Made by a program: the position numbers and the translations under genes. The notes under the pieces are model-generated. The model saw only the letters and a program-made list of their open reading frames with translations. It did no database searches and was not told the DNA's origin. Source: Fibrobacteria bacterium (GTDB taxonomy: Bacteria > Fibrobacterota > Fibrobacteria > UBA11236 > JADFYW01). From it: a stretch of DNA of 64,000 nucleotides. Positions 40,763-53,088 of the stretch are shown in pieces. Position 1 is the first letter of the stretch; each line of letters starts with the position of its first letter. Location: assembly GCA_050294405.1 (NCBI GenBank), contig JBNKOC010000028.1:192001-256000 (forward strand). Direction: 5' to 3'.

Positions 40763-40855
40763 CATTCATGCAATCGCAAACTGCTGCATCGCACTTCGTC
40801 GCAGTAGACTAGCTACAGCTTCCTCAATGCGTTTTGCATTTTGCGCACCTGAATG
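40763..40855. repeat. Long imperfect palindrome (REP/MITE-like) in the 16S trailer
   Basis: CATTCA..GCAAA..GTAG-ACTAG-CTAC..TTTGC..TGAATG nested inverted repeats. Confidence 0.5.
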
Positions 40856-40917
40856 GCATAAAATTCCGATCCTTAAGGCTGCTTGTGAATATAAAGGCCT
40901 TAAGATAAAATTTTACT

Positions 40918-42452
<1,535 letters not shown>

Positions 42453-42646
42453 TTTTTTATAAAGCTTTCAATCCAAACCCTATCACTCTGATTTAAAGAT
42501 TGACAGGTCGTTTGGGCTTCTCTTTAACGCACATATAAATATATGCTAAAACCCGCACTCCTGCTTTTATTCTGTCTTCTTCAGTCATCTCAAAAAACCG
42601 GCAAACTCAAAGGAAGGCCACTTAATTTTTTCAAAAAAGTGAGACT

Positions 42647-42674
42647 ATAATAAGAAATACTGGGAAAATTTCAA
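42647..42674 (-). promoter_or_regulatory. Candidate rRNA promoter
   Basis: TTGAAA-N16-TATTAT on the minus strand, about 200 nt upstream of 16S. Confidence 0.55.
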
Positions 42675-42735
42675 GGATTGGAGCATAAGAATATGTTCAA
42701 CAATTTATTCACAAAATGTTGATAACTTATGCAAA

Positions 42736-43596
42736 TTAACGCTCCAGCAGTAAAAACCTGTCTAATTGAGAGTAATCCTGGAGGATTTGTACTTTTTTCC
42801 AGCCTTGGTCTTCGCAAAATTGACGAAAATGGGGCCCTTGATTGTATCCCATTTCCATAATGAAAAATCCAGGGCTACACAAACATTCATAAGCCTGAGA
42901 GATTAATTTTTCGGGAATTTCCCATCCCTTTTCCCCTCCCACGAGGGCTATTTCCGGGTCCCAATTTTTAACTTCCGGCTCAAGCTTATTTATATCTGAT
43001 TTTGGAATATAAGGGGGGTTGGAAACAACGATGTCGAAGGGCTCTTTTTGTAAAAACTCAGATAAAAGATTTGATTCCAGGATTTCAGGAATATTTTTTA
43101 ATTCCTGAGATTTGAGATTTTCTGTGGCCAGGGCCAGGGCATCCTTAGATACATCGCTCATAACAACATTTGCTTTCTCAAGTTCCAAAGCAACAGATAA
43201 ACCAATTGCTCCCGTTCCAGTGCCCACGTCGATAACCCTTATAACATCTTTAGGGATTTTTTTGGAAGATTCAATAACATGGTCCACAATGAGCTCGGTT
43301 TCACGACGGGGAACTAAACATCGTTTGTCCACTTTTAACTCAATGTTACGAAAGGGTGTTTTGCCTAATATATGTTGCAAAGGTTCCCTGGAACTTCTTC
43401 TTTTTACGGCCTCCCGGCTAATGCTTATTTCTTCCTGGGTTAAGGGCCTGTCAAAGTTCAAATACAAATCCATACGGCTCAAGTTGAGCACATGACCTAA
43501 AATTAACTGCGCGTCCAGTCGATAGTTTTCAATGCCTTTGGATTTGAAAAAGTCCGAGGTTTTGTTCAGAATTTCCAGAAGGGTTGGCTGATTCAT
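42736..43596 (-). CDS. prmC: Release factor glutamine methyltransferase
   Basis: EPLQHILG, LVPRRETE, DVGTGTG, VSNPPYI. Confidence 0.96.
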   Translation of the reverse strand: MNQPTLLEILNKTSDFFKSKGIENYRLDAQLILGHVLNLSRMDLYLNFDRPLTQEEISISREAVKRRSSREPLQHILGKTPFRNIELKVDKRCLVPRRETELIVDHVIESSKKIPKDVIRVIDVGTGTGAIGLSVALELEKANVVMSDVSKDALALATENLKSQELKNIPEILESNLLSEFLQKEPFDIVVSNPPYIPKSDINKLEPEVKNWDPEIALVGGEKGWEIPEKLISQAYECLCSPGFFIMEMGYNQGPHFRQFCEDQGWKKVQILQDYSQLDRFLLLER

Positions 43597-43614
43597 GCTA
43601 ACATCCGCCTTTGT

Positions 43615-44688
43615 TTATCCCTTGCGTTCCATTTCCTCTAATTTTTCAGTGGTCTCCTGCACGCCGAGGGCATCAATCATTTCCTGAATGTCTCCTCGCA
43701 TAAAAGAATCCAGGCTATATAAGCTGAGGTTTATGCGGTGGTCGGTAATGCGCCCCTGGGGGTAGTTGTAAGTGCGGATTTTAGCGGACCTGTCTCCTGT
43801 TCCTACTTGGCTTTTACGGTTTTCGGCTCTCTCCTGTTCTTGCCGTGCAATTTCCATATCCAGCAAACGGGAACGTAAAACTTTCATAGCCTTGTCTTTA
43901 TTTTTCAACTGGGATTTTTCATCCTGGCAAGTCACAATTAATCCGGTGGGAAGGTGGGTGATGCGAACAGCCGAATCAGTGGTGTTGACGCTTTGGCCCC
44001 CATGCCCTGAACTTCGATATACATCGACTCTTATATCCTGGTCTCTAATATCAATATCCACATCTTCTGCCTCGGGCATTACCGCAACTGTCGCTGCAGA
44101 TGTATGCACCCTTCCTTGGGATTCCGTCGCCGGAACCCGCTGCACACGATGCACGCCGCTTTCGTATTTTAGTTGGCCATAACATTCATCTCCTTCAATT
44201 TCGGAAATGATTTCCTTATAGCCTCCCATAGTGCCTTCGGTAAAACTTACCACCTTCATGCGCCAGCCACGGCCTTCCACATAGGCCTTATACATTTTGT
44301 ATAAATCCCCCACAAAAAGGGAGGCCTCATCGCCTCCGGTGCCGCCGCGAATTTCCAGTAAAACGTTTTTTAAATCATTTGGGTCTTTGGGTATTAAGAG
44401 GATTTTAATTTCCTCTTCCATGGATTCAATTTTTTCCTGAATTTGCCTTATTTCGTCCCGAGCTGCTTTTTGCAACTCAGGATCTTCCAGAGCTTCTTTC
44501 CATTCGTCCAAATCATTGTAAAGTCCCACAAATTCACGGGCCTTTTCCACTACTTTTTCCAGGCTTTTTCTGTTTTGGGAAAGCTCTCTAAAACGAGTCA
44601 TATTGGAAGCCACATCGGGCTGGCTTAAAAGCCCTTCCACTTCTTCGAAGCGGTCGATAGCTTTTTTGGCTTGTTCCAGTATATTCAT
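43615..44688 (-). CDS. prfA: Peptide chain release factor 1
   Basis: ESGVHRVQRVPATE (PxT), GGQ, IRTYNYPQGR. Confidence 0.98.
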   Translation of the reverse strand: MNILEQAKKAIDRFEEVEGLLSQPDVASNMTRFRELSQNRKSLEKVVEKAREFVGLYNDLDEWKEALEDPELQKAARDEIRQIQEKIESMEEEIKILLIPKDPNDLKNVLLEIRGGTGGDEASLFVGDLYKMYKAYVEGRGWRMKVVSFTEGTMGGYKEIISEIEGDECYGQLKYESGVHRVQRVPATESQGRVHTSAATVAVMPEAEDVDIDIRDQDIRVDVYRSSGHGGQSVNTTDSAVRITHLPTGLIVTCQDEKSQLKNKDKAMKVLRSRLLDMEIARQEQERAENRKSQVGTGDRSAKIRTYNYPQGRITDHRINLSLYSLDSFMRGDIQEMIDALGVQETTEKLEEMERKG

Positions 44689-44747
44689 GGGATAAAAATA
44701 AAAACTGCCCGAATAATATATCCGGGCAAATAATTAGGAAATAAAAC

Positions 44748-45038
44748 CTAGTCTTTTTTGGGTTTAGCTTTGCGGCTTTTGCGGGGTGCTCCCACAACTT
44801 TTTTGAACTTCTTATTGAAGTTTTCCACCCGACCGGCTGTATCAATAAAGATTTTGGCTCCTGTGTAAAATGGATGAGAGGCAGAAGATACTTCTACCTT
44901 TACCAAGGGGTAGGTGTTCCCGTCTTCCCATTCAATGGTTTCATTGGATTTAATGGTGGAACGGATTAAAAACTTCTTTTCAGAAGATACGTCTTCAAAA
45001 ACCACAGGCTGGTATTTTGGATGAATATCTTTTTTCAT
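44748..45038 (-). CDS. rpmE: 50S ribosomal protein L31 type B (zinc-free)
   Basis: [25 protein letters not shown]; no cysteines. Start at 45038. Confidence 0.95.
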   Translation of the reverse strand: MKKDIHPKYQPVVFEDVSSEKKFLIRSTIKSNETIEWEDGNTYPLVKVEVSSASHPFYTGAKIFIDTAGRVENFNKKFKKVVGAPRKSRKAKPKKD

Positions 45039-45145
45039 AAATGCTCTTCGTTTTGAATAAAGAGATGCCAAGTTAATCATTTTTAAAAAAGATTCCAAGC
45101 CTTATTGCCTGGAATCTGCATTAACTTAAAGAAAGCTAAAATTAT

Positions 45146-48100
45146 CTAAAAATGGCCAATTTGCAGGCCCACAAAGAACCTGGGCTGATTGACTTCATCT
45201 AAGATCGCTTTTCCGACATTACTGCTATAATTAAACCATTCTACCCGTTCGCTTACGCTATTGGTTCCGTATTGGCCAAATTTGGAGGCGTCCAAAAAGT
45301 TAAAAGGCATAAATGCCTGAAAGTACAGGGTCATGGGCAATTGGTGGTAGGATAAAAATTGAAAAGAGAGTCTAACCCCCAAATCAAAAAGCAAATCGTG
45401 TTTTTCTTGGTCAAGAGCTTTTAAAAGGGTTTTTGGAGCCTCGTTCAAAGTGGTGCCAGCATTCCCCATTAGCGAAAGTTTAATTTTGCTAAGAGAACTA
45501 AATGGAAGGGCCTCAGAATCAAAAAACTGATGGAGCTTCAAATAGTAATCAGCTCCCAGGGACATCCAGAACATATTGGTGCCTTTTAATATGTCGCGAC
45601 CATCGTAGCGAAGGGTGTATCCATATCCAGGCATTCTGGATAAGCCCAAGCGATAAAACATGGGGTATAAACTGGAATTGGGTTCATCCAATCCGGGGTA
45701 ATTGGTGGGGAATTTTTGGCTATAGCTGGCTAATTGTATGACCCCCCGCAGAGTAGCTTTATCTTCAAAAGAATACATGCCCTGGACGATAGAATTGAGT
45801 TCAAAGGGATTAAAACTCTGTTGGGAATAGCCAATAGTTCCGCAATTGATTCCTTCTAACACGCACTGGGCCTCAATAAAACTATCAAATTCAGCCACAC
45901 TGTCGGCGTAATTAACCCAGTAACGTGAAAGCATGGTTTGAAAGGCGAAACCTGTGGGCAGAGGGGTTCCGATTTTGCCTAGGCCATAGTACCAGCCTAA
46001 ATATCCCTGCATATGTTTGTATATACTTTGGTCTTGCATGGAAACTTTATAGGGCTCGTATGGAGTTTGGAGGGAATCATTGGGAAAATAAAAGCCGTTG
46101 TCCGCGAAGTAATATAAAAATTCGCTGCTGTAATCCTCTGTATAGCGGATGTTTAGATAGTTACCGCCTCCAAAAAAGCTTAGCGGCAATTGGGTGTTTA
46201 AATCTAAAAAATTAACAGTTTGCCGAAATTGCGATATGTCTTCGGTGGCGTATTTAAGAGTATCCCCATTGGGGTCTTCGGCACCCTGTGAGTTAACCAA
46301 TACATAACCCAGGAAATCCTGGAGAGCAGTCTCGTTTATTCCTTCATCCACGGAATGGTATACGCTATGGTAAGCACTATACATGAATTGAGGCACCCAG
46401 GAAAAACGGCTGTGGCGCAAACGGTTTTTATTAATGACTCCCTGATAGTAAAGGCTGTAATCCATGGGAGTTTTGTTATCCAGCTCTTTGGAAACTTCCA
46501 CTTCCACATATTGATTTACATATTTCACCAAATCCCCGGTAGCTACAGCAAGGCCAAGTCCTACATTGGATATGATGCTGGTATCGTCCACGACGCGCGG
46601 GGCGAAGGACATATAGGGCGCGATATACCAGGCAATTCCATCTCCCCGGTATTCCGTTTTTTCAAATTGGGATTCGTATTTTAGCTTTTTTTCCCGAAGC
46701 GTGGGCAGAGAATCGCTAACCTGTACAACATAGGGGGTGGCTTCCAAGTGCAAATGTTGCTCGTATATATTGAATTCCTGCTTTTTGTATCCCTGGTAAT
46801 AGATTTTTCCGTTGTGGGCCAATGGCTCTAAGGCCTGGCCGCGTACCTTAGTTACCTGGTAAAGTGTGGAGTCTCCTTTTACCTTGGCAAATACATTGTA
46901 TTGCCGGTCTCCATAGTAAGAGGACCAGAAAAGGGTGTCGCCATTAAAAAAGATGTCCCTATCCAGGTTGGAATCCAAGGCCGTGACAAAATTAAAGCTG
47001 TAATCCTTGGCAATTAACATGGAGTCTGCAAATTCCGCAGAGTCCTTTAGAGCTAAAAAAGGATCGAAGCCAGGCAAGTTTGCAGGCACAGAAACAATAG
47101 CCTCTTTATCTTTAATGCCCAGGGTAAAATAAATGGAATCGCCGGCGGCATTGTATTTGGGATTATAAACCTGCTGTCCTTCTTTGAAATTGGTGAGTTG
47201 AATTACTTTTCCCGTTTCCAGTAAAACGGCCAGGTTAGAGCTTCCTCCATTGCCCTTGGAAAACACAATTAAATTTTTACTGGGATGATAGGAAGGGTAG
47301 CTGGCTCTCTCTCTCCATGTAAGGCGGTACCATTTGTCGTGGCGAAAATCGTATTCCCACAAGTCCATGTAAGGCTCCGATTTTTCCAAATCAAACTGGC
47401 TGCTTTGCCGGGAAGGCCGAGAGGTCAAAAGCCTGTTCCCGGATTTGTTAAATTCCAAACCGCTTGCCCCAAATTTGTGAGATCGGGAAATTCCATCCCA
47501 GTAATCGTGACTTTGTTGGGCATGCTTGTTTTCTGCTTTTTTGTTTTTAAAATCCGATTGCATCCAATTTGTGGACAACGGGTTTTTAAAATGAGAGGGT
47601 TGCATGTTAGCTGCTATGGGAGAAAAACTTTCGCCTTCTTCTTTTTGTTCCTTGTGGGAAACAGTTTCAAGATTGTTAAGTTCTACTTTGCTCACTTCCC
47701 CGGATTTTAAATTTTTCCAGAAAATCCAGTTCACAGGCCCCCAGCGGTCTTTGTTATCAATCCAGGCCACATAGCGGCCATCTTTAGAAAAAGCAAGGCT
47801 GTGGGTGTAGGAGCCACCCTTGACAAAAAGTTTTCCCTCGGGGATATTTTTAAAATCGCTGTAAAGCTCAGCAAGAGAGGCTTTCCATTCATTGAAAAGC
47901 CCTGAAATGGATTTGCCAAAAACTTTTTTAGCTGAATAGGTAAAATTGAAGACGGGTTTAGGGTCGGCAAGGCTTCTCAATTTATTAAGCCCGTATTTCT
48001 TTTTTAGAAAACGCAGGAAGGCAAAACCAGTGTTGTACACCCTTTCAGAGGAAACCCAATCTCCATCAAATGTTTCGATGTCACCCAGGCTGGGTAATGA

Positions 48101-48706
48101 ACCAGTAAGAAAAGCATCACGGACAATTAAATCTCTTTGAGAATCCCAGCTGTCGTATCCTTGTTCCTCGGCTTCGAATTGGGCAATACCCTCAATATAC
48201 CAAGTGGGAGCCACCAGGGGCTCCCAGGATAAATTCAGGGAGTAATTAAATTCGCGGTTAATGGTTCCGGCTCTAAAAGATACATCGTCAAAAGGGCTGA
48301 GGTAAGCGGCCTGGCGCAGGGTAAATACATGGGCCAGTTCATGGGTGACCACATTGCCTATCCAGTTGCGTCTGCCTCGCATAACCCAGTTAATATGGGA
48401 GGCGTAGATGTACACCCTGGAAAAGTTGTAAATGGCATTGCCGTTGGCGTAGTCGCCCGGGTCCGCAATAAAAATGTCAATGGTTTGGTAATTTTGATAG
48501 CTGTTATAGGCTCTGGCTAAGGCAGGCCAAACCGCTTCAGCAACTTCCAGAACATCGCCAGCTACTTTTTCGTAATCTGCTGGGTAGTGCACATTGTAGT
48601 GGGGGGATTTTAAGGTTTTAAGAGCTTCTCCAAAACCAAGGCCCATTCCCAAACTCCAGAGGATAAACATCCAGATGATTTTTGCAGACCTAAAAAATGT
48701 ATTCAT
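45146..48706 (-). CDS. Large exported protein: gluzincin peptidase, TolB-like beta-propeller, probable C-terminal beta-barrel
   Basis: Signal peptide, HELAH...WYIEGIAQ, PD40-like repeats (LAFSKDGR, YPSYHP, YNPKY), terminal Phe. Confidence 0.7.
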   Translation of the reverse strand: MNTFFRSAKIIWMFILWSLGMGLGFGEALKTLKSPHYNVHYPADYEKVAGDVLEVAEAVWPALARAYNSYQNYQTIDIFIADPGDYANGNAIYNFSRVYIYASHINWVMRGRRNWIGNVVTHELAHVFTLRQAAYLSPFDDVSFRAGTINREFNYSLNLSWEPLVAPTWYIEGIAQFEAEEQGYDSWDSQRDLIVRDAFLTGSLPSLGDIETFDGDWVSSERVYNTGFAFLRFLKKKYGLNKLRSLADPKPVFNFTYSAKKVFGKSISGLFNEWKASLAELYSDFKNIPEGKLFVKGGSYTHSLAFSKDGRYVAWIDNKDRWGPVNWIFWKNLKSGEVSKVELNNLETVSHKEQKEEGESFSPIAANMQPSHFKNPLSTNWMQSDFKNKKAENKHAQQSHDYWDGISRSHKFGASGLEFNKSGNRLLTSRPSRQSSQFDLEKSEPYMDLWEYDFRHDKWYRLTWRERASYPSYHPSKNLIVFSKGNGGSSNLAVLLETGKVIQLTNFKEGQQVYNPKYNAAGDSIYFTLGIKDKEAIVSVPANLPGFDPFLALKDSAEFADSMLIAKDYSFNFVTALDSNLDRDIFFNGDTLFWSSYYGDRQYNVFAKVKGDSTLYQVTKVRGQALEPLAHNGKIYYQGYKKQEFNIYEQHLHLEATPYVVQVSDSLPTLREKKLKYESQFEKTEYRGDGIAWYIAPYMSFAPRVVDDTSIISNVGLGLAVATGDLVKYVNQYVEVEVSKELDNKTPMDYSLYYQGVINKNRLRHSRFSWVPQFMYSAYHSVYHSVDEGINETALQDFLGYVLVNSQGAEDPNGDTLKYATEDISQFRQTVNFLDLNTQLPLSFFGGGNYLNIRYTEDYSSEFLYYFADNGFYFPNDSLQTPYEPYKVSMQDQSIYKHMQGYLGWYYGLGKIGTPLPTGFAFQTMLSRYWVNYADSVAEFDSFIEAQCVLEGINCGTIGYSQQSFNPFELNSIVQGMYSFEDKATLRGVIQLASYSQKFPTNYPGLDEPNSSLYPMFYRLGLSRMPGYGYTLRYDGRDILKGTNMFWMSLGADYYLKLHQFFDSEALPFSSLSKIKLSLMGNAGTTLNEAPKTLLKALDQEKHDLLFDLGVRLSFQFLSYHQLPMTLYFQAFMPFNFLDASKFGQYGTNSVSERVEWFNYSSNVGKAILDEVNQPRFFVGLQIGHF

Positions 48707-48757
48707 TAAAATTCCTTCCTCTGGTTCTAGCCTTTTATGGATAAATGAAAAATTAGA

Positions 48758-50014
48758 TTAAATAGCTGGAGCATGGGCTAATAAATAGCTTTCTGCCTGG
48801 GGGGACCAAAGTCCTTGATTTTCATCTACCATACGGCCCAATTCCCCTAAAAAGGGAAACTTTTTTTCGTTGTTTTTTAGTTCATTAAGGGCAATCAGGG
48901 GTAAATTGATTTGGGTATAAATCAGTTTTTTTCCACCCCCTATTTCAGGTAAATTTTTTAAAGAGTCCACCACGCAGTTAAGTCCACCAATGTGGCTGAT
49001 TAAAAACTCTGGATGCAATTTATTTTGTCCAAGCATTTCCAAAGCCTGGGCCATATTTTTAGCGCTGCCTCCTGAGCTTCCCACATAGTGGGTATTGTGA
49101 TAGTGGAGGTTGAACAAATTCAAGGAAGCACTAAAATTTGAATCTCTGGGCCCGGCAAAAAAGTTAAGGCATCCATCGCTTGCCAGCAATTTATCTCCGT
49201 CCTCTATTAGCTTTTTATCTGGAGCAAAAACAAAAATATCATCAAAGCTCACATTGTTTTCAGTCAACGCTAATAGCTTTTGATAATCGAACCCTTCAGT
49301 TGTCTCAACAAAGTTTAGCTGGGTTTTACCTGTGGTTTTATTTTGAAAGAACTTTTTCATGCGCATAAGTTTTTGGTTGTTTCTGGATGTGATGATAATT
49401 TGCGAGGGTGGGTTTTTCATATGAATGGCATAATCCAGAGCGGCGCTTCCCATGGGCCCGGTGCCAGCTAAAAAAAGCATTTTCCCATATGGTCTTATCC
49501 CGGGCTTTGGAAAATTAGTTTGAGGGTCCAGGTGATAATTTCTATCGAAGGCTCCGATAACGCAGCAGTAGGGTTCTGCTAAAGAACCCATGTAATAAGA
49601 GGAAAAATTGTGAAGCAGTAAACAATTTTGTTCCAACACTTCTTTGGGAACAATTCCATAAGTGGCGGCCCCCCCGATAAAAGGATAGCTGTATCCCGGA
49701 GCTTCGGGATTTCCTTTGTAATTAATAATGGGCTGGATAGAAAATTTTTGTCCGATTTTGAATTGGTCCTTCCATTTTTTTCCCACTTCTAAAATTTCAC
49801 CGCAAAATTCGTGGCCTAAAATTATGGGGTTCTCTTCAAGCCGGGTGGGAACTCTTTTGTGGTTTTCCCCTTCGCACATGGCCTTGTAGCTGGACATACA
49901 TATGGAATCTGAAACCACTTTAACCAGTAATTCTTCATTGCCGGGCTCTGGAAGGTTTAAAGAGTCCAATTGGATTTTATCTTTTCCATGAAGGCGAACA
50001 GCCTTGGCGATCAT
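48758..50014 (-). CDS. L-sorbose-1-phosphate reductase-like medium-chain dehydrogenase
   Basis: SDSICMSSYK, ILGHEFCG, GSLAEP, GTGPMG, GCLNFFAGP, GGKKLIY. Confidence 0.85.
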   Translation of the reverse strand: MIAKAVRLHGKDKIQLDSLNLPEPGNEELLVKVVSDSICMSSYKAMCEGENHKRVPTRLEENPIILGHEFCGEILEVGKKWKDQFKIGQKFSIQPIINYKGNPEAPGYSYPFIGGAATYGIVPKEVLEQNCLLLHNFSSYYMGSLAEPYCCVIGAFDRNYHLDPQTNFPKPGIRPYGKMLFLAGTGPMGSAALDYAIHMKNPPSQIIITSRNNQKLMRMKKFFQNKTTGKTQLNFVETTEGFDYQKLLALTENNVSFDDIFVFAPDKKLIEDGDKLLASDGCLNFFAGPRDSNFSASLNLFNLHYHNTHYVGSSGGSAKNMAQALEMLGQNKLHPEFLISHIGGLNCVVDSLKNLPEIGGGKKLIYTQINLPLIALNELKNNEKKFPFLGELGRMVDENQGLWSPQAESYLLAHAPAI

Positions 50015-50166
50015 AGTTTTTAACTGTCCTCCTTATAAAATGAGGCGGCAATAGTTTTAGGCTCTGTAAATTTCTGCTTTATTTATTCCCGATTTATCCT
50101 CACAAACCAATCCATAAACTACAAAATTATGGCCAGTTTTTAACAAAGGGAATATTTTCTTAAAGT

Positions 50167-50700
50167 ATGGATACTGAGGAGATCGCAAAATTTTTAGAGT
50201 ATTTATGGGCTCCTGAAGAAGGCCTTTTGGCTGCCTGCAAGCAGGAAAATTTCCAAGCCTCAGGGAAAGGCGGTCAAAAAAGAAACAGGGTGTATAGTGC
50301 CATGCGACTGACTTTTCCCCAGCTAAAGCTTCAAGTGAGTGCTTCAGAATACAGGGAGGCCAAGGCAAACTTAAAATCGGCTTTACAAAAAATGAAAATG
50401 GCTTTGGCCAAAGCTTTGGTGGGAGAAATTTTCCAATCGATGCTGGTTTCCGAAAAAATGACCTGGCCAATTGCTCAAAGCTGGAGGGCAAATGTCAGTC
50501 GGGACCACCAATACTTTGCCTTACATTGTTTCTGGGCTCAAGCTGTTTTTTTATTTTACAAGTCGGATTTAAAAAAATCTGCAGCGCAATTGGGATGCAG
50601 TTCGTCGGCATTGGTACGCTTTTTTAATAAGGATAAAGAGCTTTGGCGCTGGATTCAAAATAGGCGTAAGGAAGATGGACTTTTTCCTTTGAAAGCATAA
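50167..50700 (+). CDS. Short GGQ-motif release-factor-like protein
   Basis: FQASGKGGQKRN...MRL...SEYRE...N, plus a C-terminal HTH-like segment. Confidence 0.75.
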   Translation: MDTEEIAKFLEYLWAPEEGLLAACKQENFQASGKGGQKRNRVYSAMRLTFPQLKLQVSASEYREAKANLKSALQKMKMALAKALVGEIFQSMLVSEKMTWPIAQSWRANVSRDHQYFALHCFWAQAVFLFYKSDLKKSAAQLGCSSSALVRFFNKDKELWRWIQNRRKEDGLFPLKA

Positions 50701-50862
50701 ACTCGTTTTACACAGTTGGATTTTACTTTGGCAAAATTCAACTGTTTTTTTTTGACAGAATTTTCAAACGAGCCAACTTTTTTTTGACAATATATACACG
50801 ACCGTTGCCCTTAGATTAAGGGAAAAGTATCTTCCTGCTAATCACATCTGTAGGGAGTTATA

Positions 50863-53028
50863 ATGGAAAAAATTGCATACGCATTGCCAGTGGTAGGAAT
50901 TCTGGCGCTGCTTTTTACCTTTTGGAAAACCAAGTGGGTGGAAAGGCAGGATGTTGGAACACCAAAAATGGCAAAAATAGCTTCGCACATTGCCGAAGGG
51001 GCCATGGCCTTTTTGAAGGCTGAGTACAAGATTTTATCGGTTTTTGTAGCAGCTATTGCGGCGTTGCTCATTTTCAAAGGGAGCATGGAAGAAGGCTCTA
51101 ACGGCTTTGTGGGCCTTTCCTTTGTGGTTGGAGCTCTTTGTTCCGGACTGGCAGGCTTTTTAGGTATGAGGGTTGCGGTCAAAGCTAATGTGCGCACAGC
51201 TAATGCAGCCAGAAGCAGCCTTGGAAAAGCCCTTGAGGTGGCATTTGCAGGGGGTGCTGTCATGGGAATCGGGGTTGTAGGCCTTGGGGTTTTGGGCCTT
51301 AGTTCTTTGTTCATTCTCTATCATTTTTTGATTGGTCCTTATTGGGACATAAGCCTTGTGCTTAATGTTATATCTGGATTTTCCTTGGGGGCTTCTTCCA
51401 TTGCGCTTTTTGCCAGAGTGGGGGGAGGAATTTACACCAAAGCTGCCGACGTGGGAGCAGATTTGGTGGGTAAGGTTGAAGCGGGTATTCCGGAAGATCA
51501 CCCTTTAAACCCAGCTACGATTGCCGATAATGTAGGGGATAATGTAGGTGATGTTGCAGGTATGGGAGCGGATCTTTTTGAAAGTTATGTGGGATCCATT
51601 ATTGCTACCATGGTTTTGGGTACGGCATTTATTGGAGTAGATGGTTTCAGCGATGCCTTTGGCGGCCTTTCGGCGGTGTTATTGCCCCTCTTTTTGGCAG
51701 CCATGGGAATTTTTTGCTCCATTCTGGGAACCTTCTTTGTTAAAGTAAAAGAAGGAGGCAGTCCCCATAAGGCTCTTAACACAGGTGAATTTTTAGCGGC
51801 GGGCTTAATGTTAGTGCTTACCTTTGTTATTATCAAAGGGGTGCTTCCTGAAACTTGGACTATCGCTGGGATGACCTATACTTCAACCAAAATTTTTCTG
51901 GCCACCATTGTGGGCCTGGTAGCAGGCCTTTTGGTGGGAAAAATTACCGAATATTATACGGGAACCAATACCAAACCAGTAACATCTGTGGTTCGTCAGT
52001 CGCAAACCGGCCCGGCCACAAATATTATTGCCGGTCTTGGTGTGGGGATGCAATCCACTGGTTTGCCTATTCTTATTATTGCGGCAGGAATTCTATTGTC
52101 TTACTATTGTGCAGGGCTTTATGGGATTGCCATTGCAGCGGTAGGTATGTTAGCAAATACAGGAATCCAGCTTGCTGTGGATGCCTACGGCCCCATATCT
52201 GATAACGCCGGGGGCATTGCTGAAATGTCTGAATTGCCCAAAGAAGTCCGGGCCCGCACGGATGAGTTGGATGCGGTGGGGAATACCACAGCAGCCATTG
52301 GAAAAGGCTTTGCTATTGCCTCGGCAGCTTTAACTGCTTTGGCTCTATTTGCTGCCTTTATGCAACAAGCAAACATACAAACCATCAATCTGGTAAACCC
52401 GGTGGTTATGGCGGGACTCTTTATTGGAGGTATGTTACCCTTTGTGTTTTCCGCAATGGCTATGAATGCTGTGGGTCGCGCTGCTATGTCTATGATTGAG
52501 GAGGTCCGCCGTCAATTTGAGCATATTCCGGCTCTCAAGGCCGCTCTGGAAGTGATGCGTAAGTACGATGCGGATTTGGAAAATGCCTCGGAAGAGGATA
52601 AAAAAATATTCGAAGCAGCCGATGGAAAAGCAGAATACGGCAAGTGTGTGGAAATTTCTACCAGAAGCTCATTAAGGGAAATGGTGATGCCAGGTCTTTT
52701 GGCTATTATCGTTCCTGTGGTGGTGGGTTTTACTCCTTTTCTCGGAGCGGAAGCTTTGGGCGGAATGTTAGCAGGAGTTACCGTTACAGGAGTGCTTATG
52801 GCAATTTTTCAATCCAATGCGGGGGGCGCCTGGGACAACGCTAAAAAGATGATCGAAGCTGGTGCCGAAGTGGATGGAATTAAAAATAAAAAAGGCAGTG
52901 AAGCCCACAAAGCCGCTGTTGTGGGGGACACGGTTGGGGACCCATTCAAAGATACATCAGGCCCTTCTCTCAATATATTGCTAAAACTAATGAGCGTTGT
53001 GGCGTTAATAATCGCCCCTTCCTTATAA
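50863..53028 (+). CDS. hppA: Membrane-bound K+-dependent (probably Na+-translocating) pyrophosphatase
   Basis: [51 protein letters not shown]. Candidate promoter TTGCCC-N17-TATCTT at 50805-50833. Confidence 0.95.
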   Translation: MEKIAYALPVVGILALLFTFWKTKWVERQDVGTPKMAKIASHIAEGAMAFLKAEYKILSVFVAAIAALLIFKGSMEEGSNGFVGLSFVVGALCSGLAGFLGMRVAVKANVRTANAARSSLGKALEVAFAGGAVMGIGVVGLGVLGLSSLFILYHFLIGPYWDISLVLNVISGFSLGASSIALFARVGGGIYTKAADVGADLVGKVEAGIPEDHPLNPATIADNVGDNVGDVAGMGADLFESYVGSIIATMVLGTAFIGVDGFSDAFGGLSAVLLPLFLAAMGIFCSILGTFFVKVKEGGSPHKALNTGEFLAAGLMLVLTFVIIKGVLPETWTIAGMTYTSTKIFLATIVGLVAGLLVGKITEYYTGTNTKPVTSVVRQSQTGPATNIIAGLGVGMQSTGLPILIIAAGILLSYYCAGLYGIAIAAVGMLANTGIQLAVDAYGPISDNAGGIAEMSELPKEVRARTDELDAVGNTTAAIGKGFAIASAALTALALFAAFMQQANIQTINLVNPVVMAGLFIGGMLPFVFSAMAMNAVGRAAMSMIEEVRRQFEHIPALKAALEVMRKYDADLENASEEDKKIFEAADGKAEYGKCVEISTRSSLREMVMPGLLAIIVPVVVGFTPFLGAEALGGMLAGVTVTGVLMAIFQSNAGGAWDNAKKMIEAGAEVDGIKNKKGSEAHKAAVVGDTVGDPFKDTSGPSLNILLKLMSVVALIIAPSL

Positions 53029-53088
53029 TTTAATGTTAGCGTGTAGGGAATTAAACAGTGGGTGTTTTTTGGAACATCCATTTTTTTT

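Noticed and set aside
53029..53088. yybP-ykoY Mn riboswitch before the UPF0016 gene
   Set aside because: The 60-nt gap is too short and lacks the motif.
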